A stretch of 32,000 nucleotides of DNA from Synechococcus sp. A15-28 (GTDB taxonomy: Bacteria; Cyanobacteriota; Cyanobacteriia; PCC-6307; Cyanobiaceae). Below the pieces are notes generated by a model. It made no database searches, was not told the DNA's origin, and saw only the letters and a list, made by a program, of their open reading frames with translations. Shown here piece by piece: positions 26,502-32,000 of the stretch. A program made the translations under genes and the position numbers. Within the stretch, counting starts at the first letter, position 1; each line of letters opens with the position of its first letter. The stretch covers positions 300,001 to 332,000 of the forward strand of contig NZ_CP047931.1 of assembly GCF_014280175.1 (NCBI RefSeq), given 5' to 3'.

Positions 26502-27221
26502 TCAGGGGGATTCTGTTGACAGTTCCGCTCCCTCCCCGGGCACGTCCAACCAGCTGCGCAGCCAGCCTGTGAGCCAGATGAACGGCAATGTGTCGGCCAA
26601 AGCGGCCAGCAGCTTGAACAGATACCCCCCGGCGATAAAACTGCCGAGCTGCGGCAGCAGAGCTTCGTCCGGATTCACCGGCAGAACGTGGGCGGCGAAA
26701 TGGCTGATCAGCACAACAGCGCTGGTGTCAACGAGCTGACTCACCAGGGTGGAGCCGTTGTTGCGCAACCAGAGCGCCTTGCCGTTGGTTCGGCGTTTCC
26801 AGAAATGAAACATCCGCACGTCCACGAACTGGGCAGTGAGATAGGCCACCATCGAGGCCCCGATCGATCCAAAGCTGAGCTGCTGGATCGTGCGGAAGGT
26901 TGTGTCATCGCTTCCCGGCATGGCTGGCAGGAGTCCGCCCAGCCAGAGGATCAGCAGCACCCAACCGTTGAGCAGAAGCCCCACCCAAACCAGTTGGTTG
27001 GCTTTCTCTTCCCCCCAGAGTTCGCTGATCAGATCCGTGCAGAGAAAGGTGACCGGATAAGGGAGGGCGCCGACGGCCACAACAATCGGCCAGCCACCAA
27101 TGCTCCCCAGCTGCAGAAAGCGCGTCAGTCCGAGGATGTTGAGCATGCCCAGCGTTCCAAGGAACAAGCCGGCAAGCACGAGGAAAACGGCTTCCCGCCT
27201 GGCTTTGACTGGGCTTGTCAC
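26502..27221 (-). CDS. VUT family / queuosine precursor transporter (YhhQ-like)
   Basis: [59 protein letters not shown]. Confidence 0.88.
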   Translation of the reverse strand: MTSPVKARREAVFLVLAGLFLGTLGMLNILGLTRFLQLGSIGGWPIVVAVGALPYPVTFLCTDLISELWGEEKANQLVWVGLLLNGWVLLILWLGGLLPAMPGSDDTTFRTIQQLSFGSIGASMVAYLTAQFVDVRMFHFWKRRTNGKALWLRNNGSTLVSQLVDTSAVVLISHFAAHVLPVNPDEALLPQLGSFIAGGYLFKLLAALADTLPFIWLTGWLRSWLDVPGEGAELSTESP

Positions 27222-27278
27222 AGCCTGAGTGCTCTTGATGGTTCAAGGCTGATCGGGTCATGCAAGCCTGTCATCAGG

Positions 27279-27890
27279 ATGAAACCAATTCCTGTTCCGT
27301 TTTTTGAGCGATCGGCCGAGTTGGTGGGTCCTGACTTGGTGGGCTGCCGGTTGGTGAAACGCCAAGCCGATGGCAGCTTGCTCTGGGGCGTGATTGTGGA
27401 AACGGAGGCGTATTCCCAGGACGAGCCTGCCTGTCACGGCTACAGGCGCAGGACACCGCAGAACGAAACCCTGTTCGGTGAGCCCGGCCGGTTTTATGTG
27501 TACGTCAGCTATGGCATCCACCACTGCGTGAATGTGGTCACCGAGCGCGCCGAATGGGCCAATGGGGTTCTGCTCAGGGCTGCCGTTCTTCCCGGCGAAC
27601 CGGAACGGGTGGCGGCAGGCCCCGGCCTTCTGGCGCGGCGCTTCGGGCTCACGCGCAGCGATGACAGTCAGCCGGTGACGGGCGAACATGATGTGTGGCT
27701 GGCGCCACGCCCGGCCTCTCTCGACAGCCCGGAGCTTGTGACGACCACGCGCATCGGCATCTCCCAGGGACAGGACCTCCCCCTGCGCTGGTATCTCCGC
27801 CCCAGCCGCAGCGTGAGTCGCCGATCCAAAGGCGATCGCACGCCGAGCCTCACGACGGCCTGGCTGCCATCGGTGGAGGTAATGGGATGA
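27279..27890 (+). CDS. mpg: 3-methyladenine DNA glycosylase (AAG/MPG family)
   Basis: [67 protein letters not shown]. Confidence 0.92.
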   Translation: MKPIPVPFFERSAELVGPDLVGCRLVKRQADGSLLWGVIVETEAYSQDEPACHGYRRRTPQNETLFGEPGRFYVYVSYGIHHCVNVVTERAEWANGVLLRAAVLPGEPERVAAGPGLLARRFGLTRSDDSQPVTGEHDVWLAPRPASLDSPELVTTTRIGISQGQDLPLRWYLRPSRSVSRRSKGDRTPSLTTAWLPSVEVMG

Positions 27891-28936
27891 GTGGTTGGCA
27901 CCATCGCCATATTCTCGATCTGGCTGCTTTCTCCAGGGAGGATTACGCCGCGGTGCTCGACTTGGCGGAGCGATTTCGTTCCTTGCCCGTCACCGGAGCC
28001 CGCAAGCTTCCCGCGTTGCAGGGCCGCCTGGTGGCCACCCTCTTCTTCGAGCCCAGCACCCGCACCCGCAGCAGCTTTGAACTGGCGGCCAAGCGCCTTT
28101 CGGCCGATGTGCAGAGCTTTTCACCTTCATGCAGCTCCTTGAGCAAGGGTGAGAGCGTGCTGGATACCGCGCGCACCTACGTGGCCATGGGCGCTGATGT
28201 GCTGGTGGTCCGGCATCGCTCCACGGGGGTCCCCCAGCAACTGGCGGAGGATCTGGAATCCGCCGGAGAACGCACGGTTGTGCTGAATGGCGGTGATGGG
28301 TTGCACAGCCATCCCAGCCAGGGATTGCTGGATCTTCACACCCTGGCCAGGCACTTCGCGCCTCAGCACCCGATGCCGGAAGCCCTGCAGGGCAAGCGCA
28401 TTGTGATTGTCGGAGACATCCTTCACTCGCGGGTGGCTCGCTCCAATCTCTGGGCCCTCACCGCCTGCGGTGCGGATGTGGTGCTGTGTGGCCCGCCGAG
28501 TCTGGTGCCGGACGCCTTCCGTGAGTTCGTGGCGGAACCACCACCGGGTCAGTCTGTGGATCCAGCACCCCAGCGGGGATCGGTGCGGGTGGAGCGGCGT
28601 CTGGAGCGTGCCTTGCCAGGCGCTGATGCGGTGATGACGCTGCGTCTCCAGAAGGAACGGATGACGCAGCAGCTCCTCACAGGGTTGGAGCGCTATCACC
28701 GCGATTACGGCCTCAGCCACGAACGGCTGACCCTGTGCGGACAGCCGGTGCCGGTGCTGCACCCTGGCCCCGTCAACCGGGGTGTTGAGATGACGGGAGC
28801 TCTCCTGGACGATCCGTCGATCTGTTTGGTGGAAGAGCAGGTGCGGAACGGCGTCCCGATCCGCATGGCGTTGCTCTATCTGATGGCTGCTGCTGAATCG
28901 GCAGCGGAACCGTCACTGGTGTCGATCAGCTCCTGA
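27887..28936 (+). CDS. pyrB: Aspartate carbamoyltransferase catalytic subunit
   Basis: [75 protein letters not shown]; ATGA overlap with mpg. Confidence 0.96.
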   Translation: MSGWHHRHILDLAAFSREDYAAVLDLAERFRSLPVTGARKLPALQGRLVATLFFEPSTRTRSSFELAAKRLSADVQSFSPSCSSLSKGESVLDTARTYVAMGADVLVVRHRSTGVPQQLAEDLESAGERTVVLNGGDGLHSHPSQGLLDLHTLARHFAPQHPMPEALQGKRIVIVGDILHSRVARSNLWALTACGADVVLCGPPSLVPDAFREFVAEPPPGQSVDPAPQRGSVRVERRLERALPGADAVMTLRLQKERMTQQLLTGLERYHRDYGLSHERLTLCGQPVPVLHPGPVNRGVEMTGALLDDPSICLVEEQVRNGVPIRMALLYLMAAAESAAEPSLVSISS

Positions 28937-30393
28937 GGCTGGGGATGTCCCGTCATCTGGTGGGAGTAGTAGTCCATAGCGGCCTTGAGAGCGGCATCGG
29001 GTTCGGCGATCGACACCCCTTCGCCGGCTTTCATCGGGAAGTGTGCATCCACAGCATCCAACGCCATGTGCTGGCTCGGCATGCCGGTGAGCAGGATGGC
29101 CGCACGTTGTTGCGTCAGCAGCGCGAAGATCCACTTGATCGATAGCGAGATGCGGTTTTCCCAGTCGGGGATCAGCACCAGGTGGACAAAGGCCCAGAGG
29201 ATCCAGCCAATGCCATCGGCAAAACGCAGGCCGCGCAGATCAGCGACGGCGCTGGCGCGATCGAGCACGGCCATGCTGCCGAAATCGAAGTAGCTGAACG
29301 TCGGTCTTGGCCTGTCAGCGACGATGGCGGCGATGTCTTTGCCGATGAAGGTTCCGGCCTGTTTGGCTGGGGCAGCCATGCCTGGGAGAGGTTTGCCGTT
29401 GGCCGTGTGGCTGTAGCTGCTGAGATCGCCGGCGACCCGGATTTCCGGGTGATCAGCGATCGAGAAGTCGTGCTGAACGACGACGCGACCGCCACGATCC
29501 ACCTCGCAAACTGTGGCCTCGGCCAGCTTCTTGCCGAGGCTCGACGCACGCACCCCGGCGGTCCAGATCACGGTGGCCGCCTGAATGCGGACGTCGCCAT
29601 CCGGTGTGCCGACGATCACCTCGCCCGGCCGCATGGTCTGGACACGACCCTGGGGCAGAAACTCGATGCCGTCAGCCTCCAGGGACTTCAGGGCTGCGGA
29701 CGACAACATCTCCGGCATAGCCCTGAGCACCCGATCACCAGGGTCGACCAGGACAATCCGGGTCTTCTTGGGATCCAGCTGTTTGAAGGCGTTGTTGAGG
29801 GCCCATCGCATCAGCTCGGAGACGGCGCCGGCCATTTCACAGCCGCTGGGGCCTGCTCCCACGATCACCACGGTCTGCAGGAACTGACGCGCTTCGGGGC
29901 CGGGGGTCTGTTCCGCCTGTTCCATCGCCATCAACAGACGCCGACGGATCTCTTCTGCGTGCTCGAGAATCTTCATCGGTGGCGCAAAGGTGCGCCATTC
30001 GTCATGGCCGAAGAACGTGCTGCCGGATCCCGTGGCCAGCACCAGGTGGTCGTAGCTGTAGGCCTTGCCGTTGAAAACGATCTGCTTGCCTTCGGGATAA
30101 ACGTTGGTCACCTCTCCCAGCAGCACCTGAACGTTGCTTTGCTTGCCAACCAGCTCCCGCAGGGGGGTGGCGATGTCTCCGCGGGACACCAGACCCGTGG
30201 AGACCTGATAAAGCAAAGGCTGGAACAGGTTGAAGTTGCGCTTGTCAATCAAGGTGATGCGCACATCCGCCTTGGCCAGAGCCTTGCAGGCATGCACACC
30301 GGCAAACCCCCCACCGACAATCACCACATGGGGTGCATGGCGGAGACGTTCCTCGGGGGGGTCCAGTTCAAGAAAGAAATGCTCGCCTGCCAT
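28876..30393 (-). CDS. Type II NAD(P)H dehydrogenase (NDH-2)
   Basis: [69 protein letters not shown]. Confidence 0.9.
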   Translation of the reverse strand: MAGEHFFLELDPPEERLRHAPHVVIVGGGFAGVHACKALAKADVRITLIDKRNFNLFQPLLYQVSTGLVSRGDIATPLRELVGKQSNVQVLLGEVTNVYPEGKQIVFNGKAYSYDHLVLATGSGSTFFGHDEWRTFAPPMKILEHAEEIRRRLLMAMEQAEQTPGPEARQFLQTVVIVGAGPSGCEMAGAVSELMRWALNNAFKQLDPKKTRIVLVDPGDRVLRAMPEMLSSAALKSLEADGIEFLPQGRVQTMRPGEVIVGTPDGDVRIQAATVIWTAGVRASSLGKKLAEATVCEVDRGGRVVVQHDFSIADHPEIRVAGDLSSYSHTANGKPLPGMAAPAKQAGTFIGKDIAAIVADRPRPTFSYFDFGSMAVLDRASAVADLRGLRFADGIGWILWAFVHLVLIPDWENRISLSIKWIFALLTQQRAAILLTGMPSQHMALDAVDAHFPMKAGEGVSIAEPDAALKAAMDYYSHQMTGHPQPQELIDTSDGSAADSAAAIR

Positions 30394-30465
30394 AGCTTCG
30401 AGGAAGGACTTTCCCGAAGGGTATGGATCTGATTCAGGTTTGTCCGTGCTCTGGTTGGCCTCGTG

Positions 30466-30789
30466 TCACAGCAGCTTGAAGGCTTCGAGAAACAGGCCGT
30501 AAAGCAGTCCGATTCGGCTCATGCCCAGCACTTGATGGAGAAGGGCCGATGAACCGCTGTTGCGCATTCGAACGGTGAATTCAGTGCCCACAACAACGAT
30601 GAAGGCTCCGATGGGATCCATCTGGCCCAGAACACCGGCCACAGAGGTGATGGCACTGCCCACGAAAAATCCAAACAGGGCCGCGATGCTGAGCACAGAC
30701 AACCGACGCCAGGGATTACTCGCCCAGGCTTCAATTTGTTGAAGAGCGTTCCCGAAGCTTCGTTGCAGACGCGTCGACTGAAGCTGCAC
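30466..30789 (-). CDS. Ycf20-like/DUF565 membrane protein
   Basis: NPWRRLSVLSIAALFGFFVGSAITSVAGVLGQMDP...RIGLLYGLFLEAFKL. Confidence 0.65.
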   Translation of the reverse strand: MQLQSTRLQRSFGNALQQIEAWASNPWRRLSVLSIAALFGFFVGSAITSVAGVLGQMDPIGAFIVVVGTEFTVRMRNSGSSALLHQVLGMSRIGLLYGLFLEAFKLL

Positions 30790-30928
30790 GATTGGCTTTT
30801 AAGGGAAAAGGGGCAGGGAAGAACGTTTGGTGATCCCCATCACCCGACCATAACCCTGCCAGCCATAGTGTGCACCACATCTAGTGGTTGTGCATGTATC
30901 AGGCCCTACAGATAGGGGAGAGTTCACG

Positions 30929-30952
30929 AAAAAGCCCGGGAATGTCCCGGGC
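30929..30952 (-). terminator. Rho-independent terminator (minus strand)
   Basis: Minus-strand GCCCGGG-ACATT-CCCGGGC followed by TTTTT; lies downstream of the 31018-31224 gene. Confidence 0.75.
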
Positions 30953-31017
30953 CGGGGGATGGGGATTGGCGCAGCAAAGCCCTTCATCTGGGCTTTGGCA
31001 ACCCGCTTGCCAACAAC

Positions 31018-31224
31018 TCAGCTGGACTCAGCTTTCGCCTTTCTGGACGACTTGCCCTCCAGAAGCTCCAGAAGAGCTTCCATCTGGGCCATCACGCCGC
31101 GAACTTCTCCAGCTTCCGGCAGCAGGCCATCCTCCATGACGCCCTGATGCATCTCCCTGAGCTCCTGGCGGATGTAGCGCAGGTGACTAACGACTTGCTC
31201 GCGCTTCGACTGCGACATCGACAA
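31018..31224 (-). CDS. Conserved hypothetical protein (68 aa)
   Basis: Compact charged helical protein, followed by a good terminator. Confidence 0.6.
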   Translation of the reverse strand: MSMSQSKREQVVSHLRYIRQELREMHQGVMEDGLLPEAGEVRGVMAQMEALLELLEGKSSRKAKAESS

Positions 31225-31233
31225 CAGGACATT

Positions 31234-31407
31234 TCACTCTTCCCTTTTACCCCATGGTGTGTCATGCCGTGGCAGGTACGGAGGTCTGACGGCTCCCAGG
31301 CCAGCCGCCAAGCTCAGCACAGAAAACGTCAACAGGGCATCTGGGCGCGCCAGCACAGCCAGCATCACGACAGCCGCGAGGGCGAAGTACCGACCCATAA
31401 GGGCCAT
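31234..31407 (-). CDS. Hypothetical small membrane protein (57 aa)
   Basis: MALMGRYFALAAVVMLAVLARPDALLTFSVLSLAAGLGAVRPPYLPRHDTPWGKREE*; fits between the tRNA and the downstream gene on the same strand. Confidence 0.4.
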   Translation of the reverse strand: MALMGRYFALAAVVMLAVLARPDALLTFSVLSLAAGLGAVRPPYLPRHDTPWGKREE

Positions 31408-31417
31408 CAATCATGTA

Positions 31418-31490
31418 TGGAGAATAGGGGACTCGAACCCCTGACCTCTGCGGTGCGATCGCAGCGCTCTACCAGCTGAGCTAATTCCCC
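31418..31490 (-). tRNA. tRNA-Ala(CGC)
   Basis: Minus strand GGGGAATTAGCTCAGCTGGTAGAGCGCTGCGATCGCACCGCAGAGGTCAGGGGTTCGAGTCCCCTATTCTCCA; anticodon loop ATCGCAC. Confidence 0.93.
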
Positions 31491-31543
31491 GCCAGGTCAC
31501 GCTAGCCCTGAGTCACACTTGTTAGGTCAGGCCCGATGCAGCG

Positions 31544-31771
31544 ATGACCACCGCTCCAGGATCCGCCACCCCGATCACTCCCGAACGCCTGGCCCAGTTC
31601 GATGAAGAGTCCATCGCTGTTCTGGCGAGACGGTTGGATGAAGACGACTACCCCACACCGTTTGAAGGACTGTCGGACTGGCACCTGCTCCGTGCCCTGG
31701 CCATCCATCGTCCGGAACTGACGGCCCCCTTCGTGCACCTGGTGGATCAGGAACCGTTCGATGAGGACTAA
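31544..31771 (+). CDS. Small conserved cyanobacterial protein (DUF2555-like)
   Basis: DEESIAVLARRLDEDDYPTPFEGLSDWHLLRALAIHRPEL. Confidence 0.65.
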   Translation: MTTAPGSATPITPERLAQFDEESIAVLARRLDEDDYPTPFEGLSDWHLLRALAIHRPELTAPFVHLVDQEPFDED

Positions 31772-32000
31772 GGTCTCCACTCCTCTCAAGGGCCGGCGGC
31801 TTCTGGTTGCTGTCAGCGGCAGCATCGCTGCGGTGAAGACGCCGCTTCTGGTCAGTGCCCTGGTGAAGGCAGGGGCTGAAGTCCGCTGCCTGGTCACCCC
31901 CAGTGCAGCGAAGTTGGTGAGCCCGCTTGCCTTGGCGACCCTGAGTCGTCATCGCTGTTATGGGGAGGACGACGAATGGGACTCGTCCTGCAGTCGGCCG
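31761..32000 (+). CDS. coaBC: Phosphopantothenoylcysteine decarboxylase/phosphopantothenate-cysteine ligase, N-terminus (runs off window)
   Basis: GRRLLVAVSGSIAAVKTPLLVSALVKAGAEVRCLVTPSAAKLVSPLALATLS; start overlaps the preceding stop. Confidence 0.88.
   Translation, partial: MRTKVSTPLKGRRLLVAVSGSIAAVKTPLLVSALVKAGAEVRCLVTPSAAKLVSPLALATLSRHRCYGEDDEWDSSCSRP

Noticed and set aside
30934-30952. CCCGGG inverted repeat as a recombination site
   Set aside because: On the minus strand it is directly followed by TTTTT downstream of a gene, a standard intrinsic terminator.

Overview
The window looks like a marine picocyanobacterial (Synechococcus/Cyanobium-like) chromosome. Conserved, GC-rich core genes occupy ~1-13.65 kb and ~24.05-32 kb. 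They include thyX, a TxlA-like thioredoxin, a soluble lytic transglycosylase, glmM, a BadF-type kinase, ictB-like, trmB, a FIST protein, ileS, crtR-like, gatC, a creatininase-family gene, a VUT/YhhQ transporter, mpg, pyrB, NDH-2, tRNA-Ala and coaBC. Between them is a clearly AT-richer ~10.4 kb integrative element (13,661-~24,098) inserted in a tRNA-Leu(UAG) gene. It is bounded by a perfect 46-bp direct repeat of the 5' half of the tRNA; the copy next to the integrase is a complete tRNA. The element encodes a tyrosine recombinase, an AlpA/Xis-like HTH protein, a ribbon-helix-helix protein, a PrimPol plus VapE/VirE-type helicase separated only by one in-frame TAA, an iteron-like origin candidate (CTCAACCT/AGGTTGAG family), a T7-type endonuclease I, and a serine resolvase with a candidate res/operator. 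Its cargo is an unusual tandem metzincin protease and an ATP-grasp ligase lodged inside a broken tnpB, whose right-end hairpin survives. Both ends carry TTGCCAAA direct repeats spaced 11 bp, plausible integrase arm sites. There are no capsid or conjugation genes. The best interpretation is a satellite-like or tycheposon-like replicating integrative element that reconstitutes the 5' half of its target tRNA. All assignments come from reading the sequence and ORF translations; no database search was run.
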